Counted from the first letter of the stretch, positions 30,200-40,801 are shown. The stretch: DNA of 64,000 nucleotides from Chloroflexota bacterium (GCA_965221905.1 OZ244922.1:1504001-1568000); one strand, 5' to 3'. Program-made: numbers and translations. The notes: a model not told the origin generated them from the letters alone.

Positions 30200-31903
30200 G
30201 TGGCATCTTCAACTGCTGAGTTCTCCGGACACGGTGTTGCCTCTGCGGGGATCTATGTCCACCAGATTACGCGATTCGGCCGGCGCTTGCGCTTGCTGGC
30301 GGTGCTGACGCGAGGTGCTCGCGCCTTGTGGATTGCGGCACTGCTCTATGTCGGTCTCTCATTAATCGGCTCACTAATTTGGCCGCAGTTTCCCATCTTT
30401 GCGGCCAGTTTCTTGCTTGCAATCGGCGTGTTCCTCGCGCTGGTGGTTCCTACTCTGGTGCGGCGACTCAGCCCGCTCGACATTGCCAAAGCCTATGACG
30501 CCCGCTTAGCTCTGTCTGAACGCCTAGCCACGGCGGTGGAGCTGCTGGGTCGGTCCGATGAAAGCCCATTTCGTGCCGTGCTTCTCGTCGATGCGTGGCG
30601 CCACGCGCAAGAGATTCGGCCCGGAAAAGTGTACCCGTTGCGCATCCCGCAAAGGGACGTGCTATTGCTGATAGTAGGATTGGTGGCGCTCTTTCTTTGG
30701 GAAATATTTCCTTATATGGCCGGTCAACTAGCGCCCCTTGCGCCCTTGGCGTATCAGGTAGCGGCAGTGCGCGAAGGCACACTGATAGAGCGTACGACGC
30801 CGGACGCATTGGTGGTGGGTGAAGAGGCACTGAGTCCCGCTGCTAATAAGGATTTGGCCGACCCGGCAGCGGCGCAGGAGTCGGCGCAATCCGCACTGGA
30901 CCAGCCGCTGCTCACCCAGGCTGAGCTCAATCAGCAGCAGACTCAAGCGCAGCAAGGCCAAGCGGCAGAAGAAGGAGAAGCCGCAGGAGGCGAAGAAGGA
31001 GAGGCTGGATTCTCCGACCTTGCCCAGCAGCTTCAGGATTCGCGTAATCCCCTAGTCGACCAACAGGCAGCCGCCCTCAGCGAGGTAGGCCGGGAGCTCT
31101 CGCAAGCGCGGCCGTCACGTGAGGCCGGACAGAACCTGGAGCGCGGCAGCTACGAGCAAGCAGCGCAAGCCCTAGAGGACCTGGCGAGCCAAGTGCGCGA
31201 CTTGTCGCGAGAGGACCGCAATGACATGACCGACGCATTTGCAAAGGCAGCCGAGCGCGCCCAGCAGGCTGACCCGCGTCTTGCCCAGGAGTTGGCGGAC
31301 GTGAGTCGAGAGGTAGCATCATACAACGACCGCGCGACTGAGCGTGAGCTGCAGGAACTCGGCGATGCCATTAAGGAACGCGGGCAGCGCATACAAGCTC
31401 AGCAGCAGCTTGAACAGCAAGCCGATCAACTGCGCGCCGGCGCCGGCGGTGAGGAATCCGGGGGACAGCAGGGAGACGCGCAACAACAGATGGCACAGGC
31501 GCAGCAAGCGTTCAACACGTCGGCCTTCACAGAGCAGTCAGGGCCGTCCCAGCGGCAGGACTCTTGGCAACTCCAGGGAGCGCAGAGCGGCCCAAGCCAG
31601 GGCGGCAGCAATCGCGGCGAGGAGTCATTCAGCCCGGGAGCGGAGGCGCCCCGCTTGCAGATCGAACAGAAGCCGTCCGTGGTCTTGGCAGATAGAGGGG
31701 TGGGCCCGTCCCTCTGGTCGCCGCAACGCGCGCCGGTGGTAGTCCCCGGTCCGGGCACGGCCCCCGCGCAATTCGGTGTAACCGACGCCGGCAACGCTAT
31801 CGTTTCCTCCGGCGGCGCCAGTCACTTCGTGCCCTGGATGGTAGCCGACTACGTTCAACAATACTTCAACGCCCTATCAAACGCTTTGGAGCAATCACCA
31901 TGA
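30200..31903 (+). CDS. Membrane protein with Gln/Glu-rich coiled coil, first gene of the MoxR operon
   Basis: Three TM helices with D.RL.L.ERLATA.E, long helical Q/E-rich region, C-terminal VP......V.QYF. Confidence 0.7.
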   Translation: MASSTAEFSGHGVASAGIYVHQITRFGRRLRLLAVLTRGARALWIAALLYVGLSLIGSLIWPQFPIFAASFLLAIGVFLALVVPTLVRRLSPLDIAKAYDARLALSERLATAVELLGRSDESPFRAVLLVDAWRHAQEIRPGKVYPLRIPQRDVLLLIVGLVALFLWEIFPYMAGQLAPLAPLAYQVAAVREGTLIERTTPDALVVGEEALSPAANKDLADPAAAQESAQSALDQPLLTQAELNQQQTQAQQGQAAEEGEAAGGEEGEAGFSDLAQQLQDSRNPLVDQQAAALSEVGRELSQARPSREAGQNLERGSYEQAAQALEDLASQVRDLSREDRNDMTDAFAKAAERAQQADPRLAQELADVSREVASYNDRATERELQELGDAIKERGQRIQAQQQLEQQADQLRAGAGGEESGGQQGDAQQQMAQAQQAFNTSAFTEQSGPSQRQDSWQLQGAQSGPSQGGSNRGEESFSPGAEAPRLQIEQKPSVVLADRGVGPSLWSPQRAPVVVPGPGTAPAQFGVTDAGNAIVSSGGASHFVPWMVADYVQQYFNALSNALEQSP

Positions 31904-32901
31904 TCTCACGGCCAACCGAAGAACGGATCGCACACTTCCAAACGCTCAGCCATGATATCCGCGCCGAGCTGGGGAAAGTCATCGTCGGCCAGAAAGCGGT
32001 CGTAGACAACGTGTTGATCTGTCTTCTCGCCGGAGGGCACGCTCTGCTTGAAGGGGTCCCCGGTCTGGGCAAGACTGAGCTAGTCAAGACACTGGGAGAG
32101 GTGCTTGATCTGCGGTACGGTCGCGTGCAGTTTACGCCCGACCTAATGCCCGCGGACATAACGGGCACGACCGTTATCACCGAAGACCAGCAAGACAACC
32201 GGTACTTTCGGTTTGAGCAGGGGCCGATCTTCAACAACCTAGTTTTGGCGGATGAAATCAATCGAGCCACTCCCAAGACGCAATCGGCGCTGCTTGAAGC
32301 GATGCACGAGCGCACGGTAACGGTGGGAAACTCCCTGCATGATCTGCCGATCCCGTTCTTCGTAATGGCGACCCAGAATCCCATCGAGATGGAGGGCACC
32401 TATCCGTTGCCGGAGGCCCAGCTTGACCGCTTCTTCTTCAAGATTGTCGTAAACTACCCCGATGCGGCGGAGTTGGAGGAAATCGTGCTCCGGACCACTA
32501 CGGACACGGTGCCGGAAGTCCGCAAGGTGGCGACGACGAGAGACATTCTGGGGTTGCAGGTGCTCGTGCGCCAGGTGCCTATTGCTTCACACGTGCTACG
32601 CTACGCCGTGCGCTTGATTACGTCTACGGACCCGGAGTCGCCGGAGGCCCCGCAGATTACGCGCAACTACGTACGCTACGGCGCGTCGCCCCGTGGCGCG
32701 CAGGCCCTCGTGCTGGCCGGAAAGGTGCGCGCTCTGTTTGATGAACGCTATAATGTCTCGTTTGATGACATTCGCGAGGTTGCGCATCAAACGCTGCGGC
32801 ATAGGCTCATCCTAAATTTCGAAGCCGAAGCTGAGGGTGTCAATACTGATACAGTAATCGATGAGCTAGTAATGACGATTTCACCGGATAGGGAAGAATG
32901 A
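31900..32901 (+). CDS. MoxR family AAA+ ATPase
   Basis: LLEGVPGLGKT, QFTPDLMPADITG, ADEINRATPKTQSALLEAM, ATQNPIEMEGTYPLPEAQLDRF. Confidence 0.96.
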   Translation: MISRPTEERIAHFQTLSHDIRAELGKVIVGQKAVVDNVLICLLAGGHALLEGVPGLGKTELVKTLGEVLDLRYGRVQFTPDLMPADITGTTVITEDQQDNRYFRFEQGPIFNNLVLADEINRATPKTQSALLEAMHERTVTVGNSLHDLPIPFFVMATQNPIEMEGTYPLPEAQLDRFFFKIVVNYPDAAELEEIVLRTTTDTVPEVRKVATTRDILGLQVLVRQVPIASHVLRYAVRLITSTDPESPEAPQITRNYVRYGASPRGAQALVLAGKVRALFDERYNVSFDDIREVAHQTLRHRLILNFEAEAEGVNTDTVIDELVMTISPDREE

Positions 32902-33785
32902 AGCCGAGTCCCTCGGCACTGATCGACCATGCGTTTTTGCGGCGGTTGGACCGACTGCAACTGATTAGTCGGCGCGGCTACGGCATGGTGAGCGGCGGCG
33001 GCAGGCGCAGTAGGCAATTCGGCTCTTCGATTGAATTTGCCGACTATCGCAACTATAGCCCCGGCGATGACTTTCGTCACGTCGATTGGAATGTGTTTGG
33101 CCGCTCAAACCGCCTCTACATCAAGCTGCGGGAAGCTGAAGAGCATCTGGCCGTGCACGTCCTCGTAGACGGCAGCCGCTCCATGGATTGGGGCCGACAG
33201 AGCAAGTTTGCCTATGCGAAGTCTTTGGCCGGCAGCCTAGGATACATCGCGCTCAATCGCGATGACGTGCTATCTGGGGCGGTCTTCAGCGAAACAATCG
33301 AGCAATACTTCGCGCCCGTCCAAGGGCGAGCCCACATCCTACGCTTCTTTAACTTTCTGGAACAAGCGAAACCGGTTGGCGGCGCCACGTCGCTTGTATC
33401 GGCAATTCGCAATTACGTTGCACGGAATGCTCAGCGCGGCTTGGTAATTCTGATTTCGGACATGATGACAGAGGACGCATACCGGGGTATCACGGCGATA
33501 CAGGAGGCCGGAAATGAGTTGGTCCTGCTCCACGTGCTGGATTGGGCGGAGATCGACCCGGAGTTGAGCGGCGAATTGAGTTTGGTCGACCGTGAGACCG
33601 GGCGCTCCATCAATGTCTCGGCAGACGCAGAGACGCTCAACCAGTACCGCGAGCATGCGCTCAACTGGGCAGACCAGCTTGAGGTGTTCTGCGGGCGGCG
33701 CAACGCCCGCTACGTGCGCCTTGAGACGTCTTGGCCGTTGGATGAGGTGGTGTTCCAGCGGTTGCTGCGGAGAGTCGTTCTATGA
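32898..33785 (+). CDS. DUF58 domain protein
   Basis: G.SIEFADYRNY.PGDDFR.VDW, D.S.SM, ILISD motifs. Confidence 0.93.
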   Translation: MKPSPSALIDHAFLRRLDRLQLISRRGYGMVSGGGRRSRQFGSSIEFADYRNYSPGDDFRHVDWNVFGRSNRLYIKLREAEEHLAVHVLVDGSRSMDWGRQSKFAYAKSLAGSLGYIALNRDDVLSGAVFSETIEQYFAPVQGRAHILRFFNFLEQAKPVGGATSLVSAIRNYVARNAQRGLVILISDMMTEDAYRGITAIQEAGNELVLLHVLDWAEIDPELSGELSLVDRETGRSINVSADAETLNQYREHALNWADQLEVFCGRRNARYVRLETSWPLDEVVFQRLLRRVVL

Positions 33786-35629
33786 ACCTACTGGTCCCTT
33801 TGGCTCTCGCGTGGGGAGCGCTCATGGGGCTAGTGGTGCTCTTCTATATTTTGCGGCCGCGTAGCTTGCGGGTGGAAGTGCCGAGCATCTTCCTCTGGCG
33901 CGACCTAGCGCAACGCGAGCAGGCGCTTACCCTGTGGCAACGGTTGCGTCGGCACTTCTTGCTTTTCCTGCAACTCCTCGCCATTCTCTTGCTTGCGCTT
34001 GTGCTGGCGCGTCCAGAGCGCACGGCGGAGACTTTGCCGCAGCGGCACGTGGTGCACGTGATCGATGCCTCAGCAAGCATGAGTGTCGCATTCGGCACCT
34101 CTACGCGGCTGGAAAAGGCAAAGGCCGCCGCGCTCGAGCAGGTGGGAATTATCGAGCCGGGCGATCGGCTGACCGTGGTCAGTTTCGGCAGCCAACCTGC
34201 GATTCTTGCCTATCAAACACGTGACGTGCAGACAGCCCGCGACGCTGTCAACGGGATTACACAGACCGCCACGGTGGGCGATACTGAGCGTGCCCTGCTA
34301 CTGGCCGTTTCACTGGCGGACTCCCTGCCCGGCAGTGACGTTTATCTCTATACCGACGGCAGCTTTCCCACACCCGCCATACCCGAATCGCTCAATACCA
34401 CTGTGCGTTTTGTACGGGTGGGCGCACGGGCGGACAATCAAGGCATTAGCGCTTTTGCGGTCCGTCGACACCTCGATAGCCTTGAGGCTTTTGTCCAGGT
34501 GCAAAACTACAGCGCGCAGTCCGTCACGGTACCCTTGGCCATTCTGGCGGACGGTCAGCCGCTAGAACGGCACGACCTTACGTTGGCGCCCTATCCTGAG
34601 CCGGGCTCTTCGCTGGACTTGGTTTTTGCTGACTTTCCGGCCGGCATATCCCGTGTAGACGCTGTCTTGGATCATGAGGATGCGTTAGCGGCGGATGATC
34701 GTACCGCCGCGATTCTGATGCCGCCGCCGGTACTGCGGGCGCTCTTGGTTTCCGATACGCCCTTCTTTCTCAGCACCGTCTTTGCCCCATTTCCGTTCCT
34801 GGCGCTTGACCACGTGCGTCCCGTGGAATTTCGCCCGTTGGACGTTTACGACCTGTACATCTTCGACGGGTGGCTGCCTCCTCAACTCCCGCCCGGTAAC
34901 TGGTTGATATTCAATCCCCCGGCGGGATCGACGTTGTTGCCCGTGAGCGGCGAAATGCTGGAACCACCGCTTGACTACGTGGCGCAAGACCACCGCCTCA
35001 TGCAATTCGTGGACATCCGAGACCTGCGCGTGTCGCGGGCGCAACGCATGGAGCTGCCTCCTTGGGCGGACGAGTTGCTCGGCAGCAATCGAGGGCCGTT
35101 GCTCTTCAGCGGCACGATCGACGGACGGCGCATGGTAGTCTTTTCGTTCTCACTGTTGCAAAGCAATTTGCCCCTGCGTACGGCATTTCCGGTGCTCATG
35201 GGGAACATCTACCAGTGGCTCAATCCTTACCGCATTCAAGAGACGGTTTCTCACCTACAGCCCCAGGACATAATAGAATTGGGACTGCATCCGCATGCCG
35301 ACCGCTTGATCGTAGAAAAGCCGGGAGGCGCACGTGTCTCATTTGTGGGTAGACAACGTATTCCTTTCTCCGGAACAGAAGACCTCGGAGTCTATCGCGT
35401 GCTCCACTATGCGGGGGAGCAGGAAATCTACCGTGAAGTATTTATTGTGAGTCTCCAGGAGATGGCGGAAACAAACGTTGGGGCACAGATTCCCGCGGTT
35501 GCCGGTAGTGCAGCGGCCGTACCGCCGGTGGATCTGCCCGTCTTCCAGGAAATCTGGAGGTTTCTGGCGCTAATCGTGCTCTTCCTTCTGCTCTTTGAAT
35601 GGGTGTGGTACCACCGGGTGCGTACGTAA
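33782..35629 (+). CDS. BatA-domain/VWA protein
   Basis: N-terminal BatA (PS..LW, LARP), MIDAS DASASM, YTDG, C-terminal L..LL.EW TM segment. Confidence 0.88.
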   Translation: MNLLVPLALAWGALMGLVVLFYILRPRSLRVEVPSIFLWRDLAQREQALTLWQRLRRHFLLFLQLLAILLLALVLARPERTAETLPQRHVVHVIDASASMSVAFGTSTRLEKAKAAALEQVGIIEPGDRLTVVSFGSQPAILAYQTRDVQTARDAVNGITQTATVGDTERALLLAVSLADSLPGSDVYLYTDGSFPTPAIPESLNTTVRFVRVGARADNQGISAFAVRRHLDSLEAFVQVQNYSAQSVTVPLAILADGQPLERHDLTLAPYPEPGSSLDLVFADFPAGISRVDAVLDHEDALAADDRTAAILMPPPVLRALLVSDTPFFLSTVFAPFPFLALDHVRPVEFRPLDVYDLYIFDGWLPPQLPPGNWLIFNPPAGSTLLPVSGEMLEPPLDYVAQDHRLMQFVDIRDLRVSRAQRMELPPWADELLGSNRGPLLFSGTIDGRRMVVFSFSLLQSNLPLRTAFPVLMGNIYQWLNPYRIQETVSHLQPQDIIELGLHPHADRLIVEKPGGARVSFVGRQRIPFSGTEDLGVYRVLHYAGEQEIYREVFIVSLQEMAETNVGAQIPAVAGSAAAVPPVDLPVFQEIWRFLALIVLFLLLFEWVWYHRVRT

Positions 35630-35631
35630 CG

Positions 35632-38364
35632 ATGTTTGCCTACTTTACACAACCGTGGCTGCTGGTCCTGATCCCTCTCGCGTGGGGCATTGTTATTTTC
35701 GTTGCCGTGCATGGCGTGATGCAGCTTTCACGACGCACGCTCTCCTTGGCGACGACATTGCGGTTGGCTGCGGTTACCTTGCTTATCTTGGCGCTGGCAG
35801 GGCTGCGACTGCCGTTATCGGGTGGGCCGGTCAATACGATTTTCTTGCTAGATACCTCTGCGAGCGTACCTCCCGCAACACAGGCTGCCGCGCGCCAGTG
35901 GATTGAATTAGCGGGAGAGGAAAGTTCGCCGGATGACCGCTTTGCGATATTGACGTTTGGTGCGGACACACGCATCGATCAGCCATTCGGTCGCAGCAAT
36001 CTAGAAGCAGGTGATGCCATTGCCGGTCGCGACGAGCGCACGAATATTGCCAACGCGCTGGAGATGGCCGCTTCATTGTTTCCGCCGGACGCGCCCAAGC
36101 GTATCGTTTTGCTGTCGGACGGCAATCAAACGGCCGGTGACGTCATGCGCGCCGCGGAAGTAGTCGCGGCACAGGGAGTGCAAGTGGACGTCGTGCCGCT
36201 GCTTGCGGTACCCGGAGTGGATGCCGCGGTGACCGAGGTGGGGCCGCCGAATGCGCTGCGCGCTGAAGAGAGCTTTGAGGTGCGGGTTACCGTAGCCTCC
36301 ACTACGCAAGGTGAGGCGGTGCTGCGGCTGTTTATGAACGAAACGCTCGTTAGCGAGGGACCGGTTGTACTTCAATATGGACAGAATGTCTTTTCCATTC
36401 AGCAACCCGGCATCGAAGAAGGATTCTATTCTTTCCGCGCCCAAGTGGTAGCGCCCAACGATCAGCGCCCACAGAACAATGACGCCTACGGCTATTCGCA
36501 GGTTGGCCCCAAGGGTATTGTGCTGGTGGTGGAGAATTCTATCGGTGACGCGATCATTCTCACGCAGGCCCTCCAGGCAGCAGGCATTCAAGCGCAAAAC
36601 GTGACGCCGGCCCAGCTTCCGGCCCGCCCGGAAGACCTGGACGGTGTGTCCAGCGTCGTGCTCGTGAATATACCGGCTTCCTTGCTCACCGAACAGCAGA
36701 TGCAAGCACTGCAAGACTATGTGCAGAGCTTTGGAGGCGGTCTGGTGGCACTCGGCGGCCCAGCGGCGTTTGGCATGGGCGATTACGGCGGCACCCCATT
36801 GGAACACGCGCTGCCTGTGATCTCGCAACCGCCGGACCATGAGGAGTTGCCGACCTTAGCGTTGGCGCTGCTCATCGATAAATCGGGCAGCATGAACGAG
36901 GGTGCGCCGGTGTCTAAGATTGCCATGGCGCGGGAAGCCGCGGCGCAGGCAGTGGAGATACTGGAGACCGGCGACGTGCTGGGCATATTGGCGTTCGAAT
37001 ACTCGCCCCAATGGGTGGTGCGTCCCGCGCCGGTGAATAATGCGGAAGATGCCAAGAACGTCGTGCGGCGAGTCTCTACTATCGAGGCTGGCGGGGGCAC
37101 CGACATCTACAATGCGTTGCAGCTTGCCTACGATACACTCCGCCGCACTCCGGCTCAGGTTAAGCACATTATTCTCGTGACTGACGGCCAGTCAACGTCC
37201 GCGCCCGGTCTCTGGGAAACCCTGATGACACGCATGCGGCGCGATCACATCACTCTTTCGGCGGTGGCGATTGGGGCAGATGCGGACCAGAATCTCTTGC
37301 AGCGGCTGGTCAGGCTGGGGGACGGCCGCTACTACTATGCTGATGTTCCAGAAAATATCCCGCAGGTAGTAACGAAAGAGAGCCAGCGCGCGAGCCGATC
37401 GCTCGTTATGAGTCGTCTCTTCCAGCCCCGCGTAGTCACGGCTAGCCCAATTCTCCGTGCCATCCTGCCGGATTCTCTGCCTAATCTTTCCGCCTTTGTG
37501 CGCACGGAGCCGAAGGCAGCGGCTGAGACCCCACTACTCTCGGATACTAGTGAAGTGATTTTGGCGCAGTGGCAGTACGGATTGGGCCGCGCGGTGGCCT
37601 GGACGAGCGACGCGGGACAGGATTGGGCGGCTGATTGGGGTGAGTGGCCCCAAAACCAACGATTCTGGGCGCAGATGGTGCGCTGGACGATGCCGAGTCC
37701 GCTCAATCCGCAACTGGCGACCCAGGTTCGGGTTGATGGTAACGACGTAACGGTTGCCGTCGATTCCGTGGATGAGCAGGGCAACATTCGCAACTTACTC
37801 AATACTGAAGTCGAGGTGGCCGGGCCGGAACAGCGGGCGTTCTCCCTCAACTTGCCGCAGACGGCGCCGGGACAGTACGAAGGTACGCTCACTACGGACA
37901 AGGCCGGAGTATATGCGCTGCGGATTACGCAATACGATGGGGACACGCCGGTGGTGGAGCAGATTACTGGCGCGGTCGTGCCGGTGGCCGCGGAATTCTT
38001 GAGCTTTGAGACCGACTATCGGCTGCTCAGGCGTCTCGCTATAGTTACCGGCGGCAGGGCGCTCACCAGCGCGGCAGAAGCGTTTCGCCACGACCGGCCG
38101 CCGCCGGAAGGATACAATCGCCCCTTCTGGCAGCCGCTCGTGATCATTGCACTGATTCTCTTCGTTGCCGACATTGGCGTGCGCCGTCTCCGGTTGACTT
38201 GGTACGAAATCGGCATCTTTGGCTCCCTCGTGCGCGCGGTGCGCTTGCCGCGGCTGCAATTCCCCATGGCGGGTGAGGTGCGGCGCCAACAGCAGCGCTT
38301 TGCTCAATTGCCTTGGCCGGCACGTTTGCGGTCGCTGAGGCGTCGTGCTCCCAGACGGCGTTAA
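35632..38364 (+). CDS. Double-VWA membrane protein with glutamine-amidotransferase-like domain
   Basis: DTSASV and DKSGSM MIDAS motifs, LSDG and VTDG, GGGLV..GG, WQYGLGR.VAWTSD. Confidence 0.85.
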   Translation: MFAYFTQPWLLVLIPLAWGIVIFVAVHGVMQLSRRTLSLATTLRLAAVTLLILALAGLRLPLSGGPVNTIFLLDTSASVPPATQAAARQWIELAGEESSPDDRFAILTFGADTRIDQPFGRSNLEAGDAIAGRDERTNIANALEMAASLFPPDAPKRIVLLSDGNQTAGDVMRAAEVVAAQGVQVDVVPLLAVPGVDAAVTEVGPPNALRAEESFEVRVTVASTTQGEAVLRLFMNETLVSEGPVVLQYGQNVFSIQQPGIEEGFYSFRAQVVAPNDQRPQNNDAYGYSQVGPKGIVLVVENSIGDAIILTQALQAAGIQAQNVTPAQLPARPEDLDGVSSVVLVNIPASLLTEQQMQALQDYVQSFGGGLVALGGPAAFGMGDYGGTPLEHALPVISQPPDHEELPTLALALLIDKSGSMNEGAPVSKIAMAREAAAQAVEILETGDVLGILAFEYSPQWVVRPAPVNNAEDAKNVVRRVSTIEAGGGTDIYNALQLAYDTLRRTPAQVKHIILVTDGQSTSAPGLWETLMTRMRRDHITLSAVAIGADADQNLLQRLVRLGDGRYYYADVPENIPQVVTKESQRASRSLVMSRLFQPRVVTASPILRAILPDSLPNLSAFVRTEPKAAAETPLLSDTSEVILAQWQYGLGRAVAWTSDAGQDWAADWGEWPQNQRFWAQMVRWTMPSPLNPQLATQVRVDGNDVTVAVDSVDEQGNIRNLLNTEVEVAGPEQRAFSLNLPQTAPGQYEGTLTTDKAGVYALRITQYDGDTPVVEQITGAVVPVAAEFLSFETDYRLLRRLAIVTGGRALTSAAEAFRHDRPPPEGYNRPFWQPLVIIALILFVADIGVRRLRLTWYEIGIFGSLVRAVRLPRLQFPMAGEVRRQQQRFAQLPWPARLRSLRRRAPRRR

Positions 38365-38379
38365 CCATGGGGAAAGATA

Positions 38380-38799
38380 ATGCAGCGGAATGCCGAGATA
38401 ATCATTGCGCTTGCTAATCCTCTTATACGCTCGAGGGTGGTCGCGGTGCTGCGCACGCTAGGTGTAGCCGTGCACACACCCCACAACCTGGAAGAGCTTA
38501 CGAGCTACCTGGTGTCAGAGATCGAAGGCGAGCCGTGGCGAAGGCGCGTGCTCTTGCTAGATGAGGCGTTCATCTATCCGCACGTATACGAGGAGTGTTC
38601 TGGCATCAAGGCCGCTGCCCAGGTGCCCCTAACGATAATTCTGCTGGTCGAACCACGCACGCGCACGCGCTGGGATTGGAACGGCGTGGACCAGGTACTT
38701 AGATTGCCCATGAATGTGGAGGAGATAGCAGGCCGGGCGGTTGGTAGCCTTGCGGCGCAGAATTGCAGGTCGTATATTCAAGATGAGACTGCTCCGTGA
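38380..38799 (+). CDS. Atypical CheY-like receiver domain protein
   Basis: (beta/alpha)5 pattern with VLLLD and GVDQVLRLP; lacks the acidic pair and the conserved Lys. Confidence 0.55.
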   Translation: MQRNAEIIIALANPLIRSRVVAVLRTLGVAVHTPHNLEELTSYLVSEIEGEPWRRRVLLLDEAFIYPHVYEECSGIKAAAQVPLTIILLVEPRTRTRWDWNGVDQVLRLPMNVEEIAGRAVGSLAAQNCRSYIQDETAP

Positions 38800-38916
38800 G
38801 GAGAGGTCTTGAGCGGTGCAGAATGAAACACTTGATGGGACTACAGGATACGAAGCGTCCACTTGAGACGGTCACACCATACTGATAACGTGACGAAAAT
38901 CGAAAGGCAAGTGAAA

Positions 38917-39945
38917 ATGGCAACGGGGCCTGCGGCCGAGAGCGTGAATGGGCCGAATTCAATTCCATTGACCAGTATAGAAACGCACCTGGCGCTTGAA
39001 TTTGTCCGTGTAACCGAGGAAGGGGCGATAGCTGCCGCGCGCACGATGGGTCAAGGTAGCGTGGAACTCGCAGATGATGCAGCAGTGAAGGCGATGCGTG
39101 CCGCTCTCCAGGAAATCGCGATGGACGGCACAGTAGTAATCGGTGAAGGAGAACGAGACGAAGCGCCAATGCTGTACATTGGCGAGCAACTTGGCAGTGA
39201 AGGCGGTCCGTCGGTGGATATCGCCGTAGACCCTTTGGAAGGCACGAACCTCGTTGCCAGGGGATTGAATAATGCTATTGCCGTGATTGCCGTTAGTGAG
39301 CGCGGCGGACTGCTGCACGCGCCGGATATCTACATGGAAAAGCTCATAGTCGGCCCGCCGGCTGCCGGCAAGATAAACTTGGACTTCCCGGTGCTCGCCA
39401 ACCTTCAGATTATTGCCGATGCCTTACAGCGGCGCGTCCAAGACCTTACCGTAGTCATTCTCGACCGCGACCGGCATCGAGACCTCATAGAAGAGGTACG
39501 CAGCGCCGGTGCGCGCATTCGGCTCATCACCGACGGTGACGTGACGGCGGCAGTGGCGTGCGCAATATCGGGCACGGGCGTGCATGCGGTCATGGGAATC
39601 GGGGGTGCGCCGGAGGGCGTGCTTGCCGCAGCGGCACTGCGTTGTCTTGGCGGCGGCATGGTCGGCCGCTTTTGGTACCGCAACGACGAGGAACGCGAGC
39701 GGGTGAAATCCATGGGCATCTCAGATCCCGACCGTGTGTTCAATATCAATGAGCTAGCCAGCGGAGAGCAGATGATTTTTGTAGCTACCGCCGTGACCGA
39801 CGGCGATATGCTGCGCGGCGTGCGCTTCTTCGGCGGAGGCGTTCGCACGCAAACGCTCGTCATGACCGGTCAGCGCTTGCTCGTTCGGTTTGTCGATAGC
39901 ACCCACATCTTCGACACCCAGCAGGTGGGTCGCATTCGCATCTAG
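38917..39945 (+). CDS. glpX: Fructose-1,6-bisphosphatase class II
   Basis: VVIGEGERDEAPMLYIGE, DIAVDPLEGT, DGDV, GGAPEGV motifs. Confidence 0.96.
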   Translation: MATGPAAESVNGPNSIPLTSIETHLALEFVRVTEEGAIAAARTMGQGSVELADDAAVKAMRAALQEIAMDGTVVIGEGERDEAPMLYIGEQLGSEGGPSVDIAVDPLEGTNLVARGLNNAIAVIAVSERGGLLHAPDIYMEKLIVGPPAAGKINLDFPVLANLQIIADALQRRVQDLTVVILDRDRHRDLIEEVRSAGARIRLITDGDVTAAVACAISGTGVHAVMGIGGAPEGVLAAAALRCLGGGMVGRFWYRNDEERERVKSMGISDPDRVFNINELASGEQMIFVATAVTDGDMLRGVRFFGGGVRTQTLVMTGQRLLVRFVDSTHIFDTQQVGRIRI

Positions 39946-40102
39946 CCTTGGTTCAGAATGCCAAGTCACTTGTGTTGGCTCGTGCGGAGTGCACGGGTAC
40001 TCTCGTCCGGTAGATACCACTTGCGGCCAGCCGGCCCTCCTAACTACTACAAACATGAGGCCCGGAACAGGCCAACATTTGGCCCCTAGGAAAGTTTGAC
40101 GC

Positions 40103-40798
40103 TCAGCCGCCGCGAGCGAGCACAGCGCCCCAGATCCAGGGCGCGCCCCCATCTTGCGCCAGTCTGCCGGCGCACGTAACCAGGGTTGCCCCGGTTGTGG
40201 CCACGTCGTCCACGAGCAGCATGCCGCCGTGGCTGAAGGCGCCGCGGCGTACTGAAAAAGCACCGGCAACATTGCGGAGACGCTGCTCTCGCGAAAGCCC
40301 TACCTGAGGCGGTGTGTCCGCCGTGCGCGCCATGCCGTCCCTCAGCACGGGTACGTGCAGACTGTCGCTAACTTCCCGGGCAAGTAGCGAAGCTTGGTTG
40401 AAGCCGCGCGCGGCTTCGCGTTTGGGATGGAGCGGGACCGGGACAACCGCCGCGCATGGCGGTATTCCCGCTTCCGTTAGGGTTTCGCTCATCAATACTC
40501 CTAATTCCCTTGCCAAACTCGTGCGGCCGCGATACTTGAATTGGTGGATTGCATGGCGGAGTGGCCCGGCATATGCGCCTATCGTCACAATTCCACGGAG
40601 CCTTGGATACTTCATACTGCACGCGCGACAGAGCGTGTATGGCTTGGTGACCGCTGTGTCGCAGAGAGGACAGCGCAGGGTCGGCAGATTGGCGAACCGC
40701 CCGATGCAGTCTCGGCAAAGGTTTTCGCCGAGACTGCCGCATCCTACGCAGCGTTGAGGCAGCAGTAGGTCAAGCAAGTGGTGCAGCATTCTCTGCAC
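40103..40798 (-). CDS. comF: ComF family phosphoribosyltransferase with double zinc ribbon
   Basis: CxxC pairs, PVPLH, RGFNQA, LLVDDVATTGATL. Confidence 0.92.
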   Translation of the reverse strand: MQRMLHHLLDLLLPQRCVGCGSLGENLCRDCIGRFANLPTLRCPLCDTAVTKPYTLCRACSMKYPRLRGIVTIGAYAGPLRHAIHQFKYRGRTSLARELGVLMSETLTEAGIPPCAAVVPVPLHPKREAARGFNQASLLAREVSDSLHVPVLRDGMARTADTPPQVGLSREQRLRNVAGAFSVRRGAFSHGGMLLVDDVATTGATLVTCAGRLAQDGGAPWIWGAVLARGG

Positions 40799-40801
40799 GA
40801 G

